From: Octopus vulgaris
Taxonomy: Eukaryota
Assembly (NCBI GenBank): GCA_951406725.2
Contig: OX597817.1
Span: forward strand, 53,878,001-53,942,000
DNA: 64,000 nucleotides
Direction: 5' to 3'
Part shown: positions 12,625-25,697 of the stretch, piece after piece
Position numbering within the stretch: position 1 is the stretch's first letter
How the letters are laid out: every line of letters begins with the position of its first letter
Program-made: the position numbers and the translations under genes
The notes under the pieces: model-generated
What the model saw: the letters and a program-made list of their open reading frames with translations, nothing else
Told to the model about the DNA's origin: nothing
Databases searched by the model: none

Positions 12625-12926
12625 GAGATGAGGAAGAAATAACCACTACACCATATGCCCAAGGGCATATGGTGTAGAGGTTAAGAGCACGGGCTACTAA
12701 CCCCAAGATCCTGAATTCGATTGACTTGAATAATGATAACAATAACAACAACAACATCGAAAAATACCTTAGGAATGAGAACCCAGGTTAGAAATTTCCC
12801 CCAAGACACCTGAAGAAGGCTGGAGGATATATCAGCCGAAACGTTGTGTTAACAACAAAAATGAGGACAAATATCTGTTGAATGTAAATAATATACATAA
12901 TTCCTCATCTCTTATATATAGAACTG
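12625..12926. mobile_element. Palindromic tRNA-headed element with hammerhead motif (family D), copy 1; left arm largely deleted
   Basis: Right arm: tRNA-like head from 12663 (A box tggtgtagagg, B-box remnant), (AAT/AAC)n, hammerhead motif, tail ending agaactg|ta. 12641-12660 is the reverse complement of the head start, and 12625-12635 of the tail. Confidence 0.75.
12805..12850 (+). ncRNA. Minimal type I hammerhead ribozyme-like motif (family D)
   Basis: GACAC-CUGAAGA-A-GGCUG..CAGCC-GAAA-CGUU-GUGUU: stem I 5 bp, stem II 5-6 bp, loop-less palindromic AACGUU stem III. Confidence 0.55.
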
Positions 12927-13769
12927 TATTATCTAATCAGTAAGGAGCCTACATTAGACTTCAATGGAGACATATGAAGAAATAATGGTTGTAGATGCAA
13001 AAGTAGAAACTGTTGAAGCAACCACTTATTCTATTGGGCAAATGTCTTCACCTATAGCCTTGGCCGACCAATATATATACATATACGTATATATACATAT
13101 ATGTATATATACATGTATGTATTAGTGTGTCTGTGTTTGTCCCCCACCACCATCACTTGACAACTGATGTTGGTGTGTTTATGTCTGTGTCTTTGCAGTT
13201 TGGCAAAAGGGACCAATAGAATAAGTTCTAGGCTTACAAAGAATAAGCCCTGGGGGACAATTTGTTCGACTAATGTAAGTGCTCCAGCATGGCTGTAGTC
13301 AAATGACTGAAACAAGTAAAAGAATAAAAAAATATATAAATATATACATGTGTGTGTGTATGTGTGTGTGTGTGTGTGTTTATATACAGTGGACACTTAG
13401 CCATTGTTTAAATGGTGACAAGACTCTTATTCTCTTTTACATAATTAATTAACTCATAAGCCTTAATTAGAGATTACCAACCCCTCCCTCCCACACACAG
13501 TCTTGTGTCTTTACATAAGTAACTAGTACAGCAGTCATGTGACTGCTAAGTAGCAGCAGCCAGAGAGGGGGGTGATAGGGGGTGGAAGGGAGCAGAAATA
13601 TGTGAAGGGGTCAATGAGGGTCAGTGAAGCTGAAGGGAAGCCAGGACAATTCACATTTCTCACAGCACAAATTCCTCAGCCTTGGTGAACTTTCACCTGA
13701 ATTCCTTTTCCCTAACACCCTTGCTTCCTATAGCATCAACCCTTCTACCCTCTTACATACCTAGGTACA

Positions 13770-13804
<35 letters not shown>

Positions 13805-14873
13805 GAGAGAGAGTATATGCAATGCAATATGTGTTTGTGTGAGAGCCACTGAGAGTGCTTGCATGTGTGTGTGAAGATGGGACTGTATGTGTGTGTGTAC
13901 GTGTTTGTGTGTGTATTTGATTGTGTGTGTTTGTGAGAGTATGTGTGAGAGTATATGTGTGTTTGTGTGAGAGCAACGGAATGTGTTTGCAAATATGTGT
14001 GAAGATGTGTCTGTATGTGTGTGTGTGTACATGTTTGTGTGTGTGTGTGAGTGTGTATGTGTGTGTGCGTTTTTGTTCCTCCCCCCACCACTTGACAACC
14101 AGTGTTAGTTTGTTTACATCCCTGTAACTTGGCAGTTCAGCAAAAAAAACTGACAGAATAAGTACAAAGTTTAAAAAGAAAATAATAAGTACAAGGGCTC
14201 AATTCCTTTGACTAAATATTCTTCAAAGTAAAAGATAAAAGAAATAAACCATTTATTATTATAATAGCAGTGAACTGGTAGAATCAGTGGTGCAACAGCA
14301 AAACTGTTTTGTGGTATTTAGTTATAACCATTTATATAATGAGTTCAAATCGCACCAATTCCCTTCACCTTTTATTCCCCCAGGGTCAATAAAGAGAAGT
14401 TCCAGTCAATTACTGAGGGAGAAAAGATAGGCCTATGTACTCCATCCACCTCTCGAGACCTTGGGCTAAAAGTATTTATAATCATTTTTATGTATACGTT
14501 AAGAATTGTTAGCATTATGGACGAAATGCCTAGTGGTATTTTGCCCATCCTTACGTTCTGAGTTCAAATTCCACCAAGGTCACCTTTACCTTTCATCCTA
14601 TCGGGGTCGATTAAATAAGTACCAGTTATGCACTGGGGTCGATATAATCGACTTAATCTGTTTGTCTGTCCTTGTTTGTCCCCTCTGTGTTTAGCCCCTA
14701 GTGGGTAGTAAAGAAATAGGTATTTTGCCCATTGTTACGTTCTGAGTTCAAATTCCACCGAGGTCACCTTTACCTTTCATCCTTTCGGGGTCGATAAATT
14801 AAGTACAAGTTGCCTTGTGTCTATAATAGAAAGGATTATTATGTCTACATTATGTACATTTATATACACTCAC

Positions 14874-15008
14874 CGACTTCTCAGTTTTGATTGCAAAGAA
14901 TTTGTGGGTGCCATCTCCTGGTTCAAAGACGTAGCCAAAAGCCCTGGAATCCGTAGTGTCAATTGAAATAAATGAAATTCGACTTACAATATGTTCATAG
15001 TTCACAGC
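14874..15008 (-). CDS. Dab: Disabled (Dab) coding exon 3, C-terminal part of the PTB domain: AVNYEHIVSRISFISIDTTDSRAFGYVFEPGDGTHKFFAIKTEKS
   Basis: Not in the ORF track; read by hand. Acceptor tctcttttatttcag|gct, donor tcg|gtgagt; 135 nt, phase 0/0. Contains Dab signatures ISFI, D.TD.RAFGY and HKFFAIKT. Confidence 0.93.
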
Positions 15009-15049
15009 CTGAAATAAAAGAGATATTTTATCATTTTAACAATATCATC

Positions 15050-15540
15050 ATTATCAACACAGCCACATGTCACATATCACCACAGCCTCATGTCACATAT
15101 CATCACAGCCACATGTCACATATCATCACAGCCATGTCACATATCACACCCATGTCACATATCATCACACCCACATCACGTATCATCACACCCATGTCAC
15201 ATATCATCACTGTCACGTGTCACAGCTACATGTCACATATCATCACAGTCACATGTCATATAATAAACATCATTAAATATAAATAATATTAATAATAACA
15301 ACATATACATAACAGTAAATACTATTAAATAATATAAATTTCACTAATCAATAAAATTAAATAACCTATTTATACTCAAATACATATAAATACTATTAAA
15401 CCACATATCACGTATATGTCACTGCCACATGTCAAATATCATCACAGTCACATGTTATATGTCACAGCCACACATCATGTTATGGCCATATGTCACGTGT
15501 CACAGTCACATGTCACATATCACCACAGCCACATGTCACT
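15050..15540. repeat. 21-23-bp minisatellite (CACAGCCACATGTCACATATCAT)n in two blocks (about 15050-15260 and 15400-15540)
   Basis: Direct inspection. Confidence 0.8.
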
Positions 15541-15946
15541 TTTAACGATATCACCCCAATTCCATCCATTTCATGTTGCTCCAGTTTCCTCAGCTGTAGA
15601 TATGAGTTGTGATGCCACCATTACCAAGTCTTTGCCTTTCCCTTGGATAACATCAGTGGCACAGAGACAGGAGTCTGGTATGCAAGGGTGACTGCTGGTC
15701 TTCCATAAGCAACCTTGCCAAGATTTGTACCTTTCAAGATTTGGAACTTTCTAGGTGCAATCCCATGGTCATTCGTGACTGAAGAGGGTCTCTACCATTT
15801 TTTACTACTGTAGTTGCTGTCCACTCAGTTGGATAAGAATTTGTTAAAACAACTGTTTAATACTGAGAAATGAGAATGTGGTTTCCATGGTGACAATTTC
15901 CCACATTCTGAAATTTGGTACCCAAAACTCATCTATTTATAAGCCT

Positions 15947-16372
15947 TGGAGTGGCTGTGTGGTAAGTAGCCTGCTTACCAACCACATGGATCAAGGTTCA
16001 GTCCCACTGCATGGCACCTTGGGCAAGTGTCTTCTACTATAGCCTCGGGTCGACCAAAGCCTTGTGAGTGGATTTGGTAGACAGAAACTGAAAGAAGCCC
16101 ATCATATATATGTATATATATATGTGTGTGTATGTGTGTGTGTGTGTGTGTGTGTGTATGTTTGTGTCTGTTTGTGTGTCTGTGTTTGTCCCCCAATGTC
16201 ACTTGACAACCGATGCTGGTGTGTTTACGTCCCCGTAACTTAGCAGTTCGACAAAAGAGACTGATAGAATAAGTACTAGGCTTACAAAGAATAAGTCCTG
16301 GGGTCGATTTGCTCGACTAAAAGCGGTGCTCCAGCATGGCCACAGTCAAATGACTGATACAAGCAAAAGAGT
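15947..16372 (+). mobile_element. SINE family A, full-length copy
   Basis: Colinear with 7328-7738, including the internal microsatellite. Confidence 0.85.
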
Positions 16373-16804
16373 AAGGTCCTAGAAGGATGCATCATGTGAT
16401 GGCTTGATGCTGATTGGTCAGTTAATCAGCCAACCACACAAAATGGCTGTTACTAAGCTGTGTCTTTTACTTGGTAATTTGTCGATTCGGTTTCTAATCT
16501 TCTACACTTTCTGCCATATTTCATGAATTTAATAATATTAACACAGTAAAAGACCACATTTCATACTTTTAACAGTAATGTTGATGGAGAATGGTACATT
16601 GGAACAAAGCTGACACTGAAAGAGGAATATACAGATGATGCTATGAAGGGCAAGGTTGGGTCTGGCCACAAATTTTAAAGATGGACTACACCAGTGGTTC
16701 CCAAAGTGGGCAGTGGAAGGATCCAGCAGGGTGTTGAAGAAAAGTGGGATGATAATAAGGTGGCAAAATCAGATGATAGACGTAAAAAAAAAAACCCAAA
16801 TAAT

Positions 16805-17182
16805 AGGCGCAGGAGTGGTTGTAACCACATGGTTCTGGGTTCAGTCCCACGACATGGCACCTTGGGCAAGTGTCTTCTACTATAGCGTCGGGCTGACCAA
16901 AGCCTTGTGAGTGGATTTGGTAGACGGAAACTGAAAGAAGCCCATCATATATATGTATATATATATTTGTGTGTGTGTATGTGTGTGTCCACAACATCGC
17001 TTGACAACCGATGCTGGTGTGTTTATGTCCCCATAACTTAGCGGTTCGGCAAAACAGACCGATAGAATAAGTACTAGGCTTACAAAGAATAAGTCCTGGG
17101 GTCGATTTGCTCGACTAAGGACAGTGCTCCAGCATGGCCACAGTCAAATGACTGAAACAACTAAAAGAGTAAAAGAGTAAAG
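16805..17182 (+). mobile_element. SINE family A copy flanked by an approximately 150-bp direct repeat
   Basis: Colinear with 7328-7738; flanks 16647-16794 and 17183-17333 are near-duplicates. Confidence 0.85.
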
Positions 17183-17227
17183 AGGGCAATGTCGGGTCTG
17201 GCCACAGATTTTAAAGATGGACTACAC

Positions 17228-17501
17228 CAGTGGTTCCCAAAGTAGGAAGCGGAAGGATCCAGTGGGGTGTTAAAGAAAAGTGGGATGAAAATAAGACGGC
17301 CAAAATTGGGTGATAGATGTAAAAAAAAAAAAATGAATATTAATAGATTAATTAGGTTTAATTTTTATTTGTGAAATACAGATGTTTTGAATTTGCTGCA
17401 GAAAGTGGTCTAATATTTGTGGTGGGGAGGGTGACTGGGGCGCTAGGAATGTGGCCTGGGGCCCAAGGGGGCGGCAGCCTGAAAATGTTTGGGAACTACT
17501 G
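17228..17501. mobile_element. hAT-type MITE
   Basis: TIR cagtggttcccaaa / tttgggaactactg; perfect 8-bp TSD gactacac (17220-17227, 17502-17509). Confidence 0.85.
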
Positions 17502-17591
17502 GACTACACTTCCTAATGTGGTAGGGTGAGATTATAAACCAAAACGTATAAAACAAAAAAAAGTGTAAGTCCAAAGGAACTTCTTTCTTAC

Positions 17592-17809
17592 CATTGTCTT
17601 CTCCTCGATCAACTTAATCCCTTCCAGAGATATGTTGACTAGAATCTTTAACTTATGTTTTCCAGAGCTCTTCACGGCAGCCTTTAACTTCTGCATTGTC
17701 TCCTGACACATGGCGTTCCCTCGAAAATCTGCAACGTCAGAGACCCCGATGAATTTCGCCGTGAAGAACAAGCCTTTTCCTTCGAAACTGGCCGGATCTG
17801 TTTTAATCT
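17592..17809 (-). CDS. Dab: Disabled (Dab) coding exon 2, N-terminal half of the PTB/PID domain: (E)IKTDPASFEGKGLFFTAKFIGVSDVADFRGNAMCQETMQKLKAAVKSSGKHKLKILVNISLEGIKLIEEKTM
   Basis: Acceptor ttacag|ag and donor atg|gtaag; 218 nt (phase 1 to phase 0). Matches the Dab motif F.G.G..FxAKxIG..V...RG..MCQ..M..LK....GxHK.KI...IS..GIK..DEKT. Confidence 0.93.
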
Positions 17810-18630
17810 CTGTAAGTCGGTTGGTTGGTTGGTTGGTAGATGAGGTCAGTCAAACAAGAAAAGAAGAAAATATGTATAACAATGAAAACATGTTTAAAAT
17901 GTAATTGTAAACAGATAATTAAATAATGTTGTTGCTGTTGTTGTTGTTTCCTGGTCAAGCCTGATCAAGTAAAACTATGACCAAACATTATTTCTACCTA
18001 TGACCATAGATACATATACATTGTGTGGTAAGGTATTCAACAAGAAGGGCATTCTTTTGATATGAGTACCATTTACATCACGTGTATTTGTTTACATTTG
18101 AAGAAGAAGATCGTCACTTTCCGTAAATTTTTTTTTTATATATGTGGGGTTAGGGTTAGGGGTGGGGGAAAAGGGTTTCTTTTTTTCTTCAGAAATGTAA
18201 ATAAACCCACATGGGTTTATAACTGACAGTTATGTAACTAGTACCGAATGATCACCACAAGAAGAATAACACTTGATTAGCTAAGAGAGTAAAAATAATG
18301 TAATAAAGGAAACCACAGGTCTTGTGAAATGCAGGTACCTAAGGTTTCAAAGCTGAAACAGTAATTTATTTTACCATCTGCTTTTACCATCTGCAAGTGA
18401 GGAATGGTCTTGGGAAAAAGGGTGAAATAAAGTAATGTTTTGACTAGGAAACCCTGGGTGTCTATATTTCATAAGATTTGGGGGCATTGATGTTAAGAAG
18501 AACCTCCAGCCATAAAAACGATGCCAAAACAGACAATGGAGCTTGGACAGCTCTTCAGTTGGTCAGTTCCTGTCAAACTGTCCAACCCATGACAGCATGG
18601 AAAACATATGTTGAATAATGATGATGATGA

Positions 18631-18685
<55 letters not shown>

Positions 18686-19312
18686 CTCATGTACATATAT
18701 ACACACATATACATAGGCGCAGGAGTGGCTGTGTGGTAAGTAGCTTGCTAACCAACCACATGGTTCCGGGTTCAGTCCCACTGCGTGGCATCTTGGGCAA
18801 GTGTCTTCTGCTATAGCCCCAGGCCAACCAATGCCTTGTGAGTGGATTTGGTAGACAGAAACTGAAAGAAGCCTGTCGTATATATGTATATGTATGTGCG
18901 TGTGTGTGCGTGCGTGCTTGTGTGTGTGTGTGGGTTTGTGTGTGTGTATACATGTATGTGTATATCAACATGTGTGATGGACTGAAAGAATGAATTTTCA
19001 ACACCACATTAGTGCATAAAATACTTTCTTTCAATAGAAACAGAATTCAATGGTCTAGTACCATAAGTTTCATGCGAATATATTCGCAATTGTTTATTTA
19101 AAGTGTGGATAATGGTTGAATACCCCATCAATTTACTGGTGAGAGAGTGGCATGACATTTCAGAGAATGTGAAATGGACAAGTGACAAAAGAAGAGTTTG
19201 TATGTAAAGGGAAGTAATTATTCAGAAACTGTAGAATTGGTTGTTTCCCATGTGTTTTGTTTTTGTTTCAAGAATTAAAGAATGCTTTTGCATTGTTACA
19301 ATTAATATTTAA

Positions 19313-19778
19313 CCCTTTCGTTACTGTATTTATTTTGAGATGCTCTCTGTTTCTTTCAACTAATTTTAAATATAACAAAGAATTTAGTAAAATAACTTAG
19401 TTATCATTCAGCTAGAGTTAGGAACATAAATTGTGACTAAGGTTTGGTGGAAAATTTCAATTGAAGACTTTAATTCAAAACTTATGAACACAAAATATTT
19501 GTACTACAGAGCTAGAGGCGGTTTCAGCCAGGTTGGTATCGAAAGGGTTAAGAATTGTTTCTGTTACCTTTTTGTTACCATATTTCTGTTGAGATGCTCT
19601 GTATTTCTTTCAATTAATTTTAAATATAAAACAGAATTTAGTAAAATAACTTAATTATCATTAAGCTAATTTTAGGAACATAAATTGTAACTAAGGTTTG
19701 CTTGAAGATTTTAATTCAGAACTTATGAAAACAAAACATTTGCCAGAGCCGGTTTCAGCCAGGCTGGTAACGAAAGGA
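19313..19778. mobile_element. Two tandem copies (19313-19547, about 19567-19778) of the same piggyBac-type MITE, opposite orientation to 829-1354
   Basis: TTAA|CCCTTTCG..CGAAAGGG|TTAA on the first copy; reverse-complement match to 1136-1354. Confidence 0.8.
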
Positions 19779-22700
19779 CTAAGGCACTGACCAGGCAGAA
19801 TCATTAGCACACCAGGCAAATGCTTACTGGTATTTTTTCTGTCCTTATGTTCTGAGTTCAATATCTGTCGAGGTTGTCTTTGCTTTTGGAATCATTAAAC
19901 TAAGCACCAGTGGAACACTAGGGTTGGTGCAATCCACTAGTCCCCTCCCCCAGTATTTCAGGCATTGTGCCTTTAGTAGAAAGGATTATTATAATTAATA
20001 CAGCACTGAAACATTTGTACTTCATGAATATGTGAGCTTTCTGCTGCTGGTATTGCAGTATAAAGTCCTGTTTCCCAATGTTTCGGGTTTTGCACTCACA
20101 ATCACAAGATTACGGTTTCAATTCTTGCACCATGCAGTGCTTTGTGTTCTAGAGCGAAACACTTCCTTTCATGCTGCTCCATTCCACTCAGCTGTTACCC
20201 TGGGTTACCCAGCAATGCACTGGTGCCCTGTTCAAGGGAAATTTTGTGATCTTGGTAATTCATATGCATAATGTCTTGGGGGCTATAGAATTGCTGCACT
20301 GGATATGCATATATAATGAGCAGGGACTAGAGAAAGGGGTGTTCTACGATTGCATCCAGGCCCATTTTTTGCACATTTTTAATCATCATTATCATCACCA
20401 CCACCACCATCATCATCACCATTGAACACCCATTTTCCCATGCTGGCATACGCTTGACAGTTTAGCAGGAGCTGGTGACCTAGAGGTCAGCACCAAGCTC
20501 CACTGTCTACTTTGGCACTTTGGCATAATTTTGAAATGTCCTTCCTAATGTCAACCACTTTACAGAGTGTACTGGGGACTTTTTACTTGGCCCTAGCACC
20601 AGTGCCACCCGGGGTGGATCGCCCCTACCACTCCCCCTAGCTACACTAGTGCTGTAACATCATTATTCTGTAATTCATATTAATGTAAATGCTGGAATAT
20701 GGTAACATGGATTATCACAGTAATCCAATGTATTAACTGTAGTGGGGTTTATCCTTTAAAGCTCTAAGTGCAAGTCATGCATCATCATCATCATCATCAT
20801 CATCATTGTTTAACGTCTGCTTTCCATGCTGGCATGGGTTGGATGATTTGACTGAGGGCTGGCAATCAAGAAGGCTGCACCACACTCCAAACCAATCTGG
20901 CAAAGTTTCTACAGTTGGATGCCCTTCCTAATGCCCTTCCAAAAGTGTAGTGGGTGCTTTTTATGTACCACTGGCACGAGGGCCAGTCAGGTGGCACTGG
21001 CAATGACCATGCTCAAATGGTGCTTTTTTACATGCCACCAGCATGGGACTAATCAGCCGGCACTGGCATCGTCTATGCTCAAATGGAGCTTTTTATGTAC
21101 CACTGGCACAGAAGCCAGTCAGGCAGCACTGGCAATGACCATGCTCAAATAGTGTTTTTTACATGCCACCAGCACAGGACCAGTCAGGCAGCACTGGCAT
21201 CAACCACACTCACAGTTGCAGCATTATCATAGTTTTGCATATTGTGGAGTATTTGAGTAATAGATAGAAGTTTTGTTTAATAGTTGTTAGTGTGGTGGTG
21301 GTGGTGGGGGTAATGGGTAGTTATAGTAGTGAATTTGGTGTATTTTTCAATAGAAATGGACATGTTTTTTAAATTTTGTAATTTGAAATGCCTTTTGTGT
21401 AAGCAAGGAGAATATGTCTTTTTTTTTCCTTTATAGTAACCATATTTACTGTCAATGCTTTTGATTTCTCTGTAATGCAGAGGTTACAATGCCTACCTTG
21501 TTCAGTATATTCATTGCTTTTAAAAACTACAATGCCCTACTTTATGAGTAGATTAGTCACTTTGTAGTCCTAAAGACTCCATAGAAATTTGGATAATGAT
21601 GTCACATTGCATCTGCTTCTATCTCTGAATAAAATTATATGTTACATGAATCTTTCCTGAAAGGTGTTCTTTGTGAGTTTAGTATATGATTTTATTTATT
21701 AAACCATTTACATCAGGTGTGTGTGTAATTTTATATATACGCTTGCTAAAAATAAGTATAGGATATAAAACAGAAATTAACAAAAATAATGATAAACAAA
21801 AGAAACAACAGAAAGATGTACATAAGATAAATTAATCCAAGGTATACTATGTCTGAATAGAAGACAAAATGATAATTGATGGAGTGCTTCTATGATGATG
21901 ATGATGATGGGTGGTGGTGATGATGATGGGTGATGGTTATGATGATGATGATGATGATGATGGGTGATAATGAGTGATGGTTATGATGATGATGATAATG
22001 ATGATGTGGATGATGGTGGGTGATGATGATGATTATGAATCAAGACTGATCAGGGCCATACAACAACACCAACAAGGATATAATGTGCAACATGAAAATC
22101 TATGTGGTCAGTTGATCTGCTTGAAATAGTTGCAAAATCTCCCTCAGAATCTCGAGTTAGACAGCTTAGGTCTACATTACATAATCTAGTCCCTAAACAT
22201 ACGTTTAAATGAAGCACCAGGTGACCTTAGATGGATCAGGGCTGACTTGAGTCTTAAACAATAACAATAATAACAACAAGTACATCAATCACACTAGTCT
22301 GGGAAGGCCTGGAAAAGTGTTGGGTCTGATCCTCTTTCAAAAGGTTGATATGTCAAAAAAAAAAAAAAGGGGTCTGATATATGAGTCTGCAACACAAGAC
22401 TCCAAGGAATTATCCAATGCTACTAAACATCATGACTCTTCCATTTCTTCAACCAATTCTTCTCTCAAATTACCCTATTTTATTCCAGATCTGTACGGTT
22501 TTAGCAGACTCAAAGATTTTTGAAATTCTTTGATATCCATAAAAGGAAGTAATTGTAATATATAACTGCTTCCAAAGAAAAAAACTGTTTCAACACTTTA
22601 CCGAAATTTAATTACAAACATTTGGAATTGATTACCAGTTCTTTAGGAATCTAGCCTGGAATGGTCGTTACCATGTTTCCTGCACTCTTACATATCTTTG

Positions 22701-25666
22701 TCATTTAGCCCCTCAAACAGCCTGGTGTTGTTGTATGGCCCTGATCAGTCTTGATTCATAATCATCATCATCACCCACCATCATCCACATCATCATTATC
22801 ATCATCATCATAACCATCACTCATTATCATCCACATCATCATTATCATCATCATCATCATCATCATAACCATCACTCATTATCACCCATCATCATCATCA
22901 TCATCATCATCATAACCATCACCCATCATCATCATCATAACCATAAGACATTCTGTTTTATAGTAACATCTAGGGAAATTTGGCTGTTATTTCAAGCAGG
23001 ATGAACAGCTCTGTAAAGCCCCACCAACACCAACACCACCATGACCACCACTACCACCACGACCACCACTACCACCATGAGCATCACCATGACCACAACC
23101 ACCACCATAACCACCACGACTACTGCTATCACCACCACTACCACCACAACCACTGCTACCACCACCACCATAATGACCATGACCACCACAACATCACTTC
23201 AATGTCTACTTTTCCATACTTGTAAAGGGTAGTGGTCTTGTGGTTAGGGTGCTGAGCTCACATCTGTAAGGCTGTGAGTTCAATACCTGGTAATGTGATG
23301 TGACCTTAAACACAACACCTTTATTTCACACTGCTCGAGTCCATATTTTGGGCCCCAGATTTATATGCCCTTCATTTATGTTCCACAATGTCTTCTTTCT
23401 CCTGAGGTGCTTACATCCACAGCAGGCCATATTCTTTTGGGATTTAAAAATTTTTTTATATCTAATCTCAAACAACATCATCATCATCATCACGGCACCT
23501 GGGACAAGTTTCTTCTACTATAGCCTCGGGCCGGCCAAAGCTTTGTGAGGATATTTGGTAGACAGTGTGTGCATTTGTGTCTGTCATCCCCTCACCATCG
23601 TTTGACGACCGATATTGGTGTGATTACGCACCCGTAACTTAGCTGTTCAGCAGAAGAGACAGATAAAATAAGCACTAAGCTGACAAAGAACAAGTCAAGG
23701 AGTGGGGGGTGATTTCTTCGATTTAAAGGCAGTGCTCCAGCATGGCCGCAGTCAAATGACTGAAAGAAGCAAGCCGAATATGTAGGAGTGTGTTTATGAC
23801 TATCTCCTCCTGCTTTGTCTTAGGTTATCTCCCTTTCATCGCTAATTATCTCTCCCTCCTCTCTTTAATTTCTACATTTCCCTCCAGCCACCACCACCAC
23901 CACCACCACCACCGCATATACGTTTTCTTTCTCTTATACACTGCTTCTTTTCTCTCATTATATCCATCTCTCTCTCTGTCTCTCTCTCTCATTCCCCCTT
24001 CTTGGTTCTTTCACTCTACCCCCCCCCCATCTCTCGAATCTATTTATTCACAGAAAAAAAGTGAAACTGTGTAGATATGATCCTGGTATGTGGTTGGGAT
24101 GGTGGTGGTGGTGGTGGTGATGATGACGGCGATGGCGGAGTTGGCGGTGGCTGTGGTGCTATTGGTGATGTCGGTGGTGGTGAAAGTGGCTGTAGCTGCA
24201 GTGGTGTGACGGTGGTTGTGGTCATGGTGACCATGAATGCTTCAGAGGTGTTCACCAGTAATGGGTGGCGGTGGGAGGTGGGGTGTGGGCTTTGCTGGGA
24301 GTGACGGTGGTGGCGATAGGGGTGATAGATAAAAAAACGGGGTGGGGAGGAGTGAACAGAGGTAACAAGTGGAAGAGAGATAGACAGACACACAGACACA
24401 CACATAGAATCTGGGTGGCATTGGGTGGGGATGGTTGGGGTGGAATGTAGAGGAACATGGGTGGGGTATGGGGGACGGGTAGGGGTTGTGTATGGAGTGT
24501 GTGTGTGGGGGAGTTGTTTGAGACTGAAATAAACCTGTTAAGATAACCCCCCCCCCCCCCCACCACCAAACAGCTGTCTGCTGTGACCCAGCCTGGAATC
24601 TGGATCGCTGGTGGTGGTAGCGGACACACACTCACACACACATACACGCGCACACACACACAACATTTACATGAGCAAGTACATCATCATCATCATCATC
24701 ATCATCATCACCACTTCCACCCTACGCCACCCACCCATCCACCTTCAACACCACAACCTCTGCAACCACCACTGCTTCACCACTGCCACCACAACCACTG
24801 ATGTGAGGTGTAGCCATTACAAACAACAACATCAGATACTAACACCTGCACCACAACATTTTGAATTACCAACCTCCGATACATCCCCCATCCCCTGCAA
24901 CCACTACATCAACATCAATTATTTGCGCCGCTGCCACCGCCTGCGCTATCTGCACCACCACCACCGCCACCTAATGAATCTGCAACTTCCGAAACAGGGT
25001 ACCACAGGGATTTATCCTCTCAGCCATTTTAACACTTGCTTGTCTAGCACTTCCACAGAATGCACACACACACACACATCCTTGAATCATTATCATCATC
25101 ATCATCATCATCATCACATGGCATCTGTTTTCCATGCTGGCATGTGTTGGATGGTTCGACCAAAGTTGGTTAAGCCGGAGAGTTGCACTGGGCTCGAGGG
25201 TTTCAATGGTTGCATGCCCTCCCAAATACTTGCCCAAGGTGCCACGCAGTGCGACTGAACCCCTAACCATACGGTTGGTAAGCAAGCTACTTACCACACA
25301 GCCACTGCTGCGCCTGTACAATTTTAAATAAAAGAAGGACATATATAATGCAGTTTCTGATTAGCAGTAAGACAGGATGGCCATGGTTAGGACACAGGTC
25401 TGTGTGTCAGGGCTGAGAGGCAGCTGAGCTACAGCAATAACAATGTTCTTTTATGTGCCCCTACAAAGTTATTTTATCTGCTTGAAAGAACAGCCAAATC
25501 TCTCTCAAATTACACAATATCGCATAAAATGCATGTAAAAATATTCACTGAATGCATTGGATAATGCAATCCTGGAAACCTCGAATACGAAAAGGGAGGA
25601 TCATAAGGTTTACTGGTTCGGGGTTGACCTAGGGCTAAACAACAAGGGACTGTTTGATTGTCTTAC

Positions 25667-25697
25667 CTTTCTTTTTGTGTCCTTTCTGTATAGACAT
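25667..25697 (-). CDS. Dab: Disabled (Dab) PTB-domain adaptor, first coding exon (whole exon 25667-25734, with 37 nt of 5' UTR); encodes MSIQKGHKKK + phase-1 G
   Basis: Minus strand: acceptor ttttgtctttgcag|gg at 25735/25734; in-frame TGA upstream of ATG (25697) in an aacaATGt context; donor aaag|gtaag at 25667/25666. The phase-1 end joins the phase-1 start of the 17809 exon (G+AG=Glu), like the basic KK-G| junction of vertebrate DAB1. Confidence 0.8.

Noticed and set aside
17532-17771. Standalone 79-aa ORF as listed in the track
   Set aside because: It is an internal exon; the true limits are the splice sites at 17809 and 17592.
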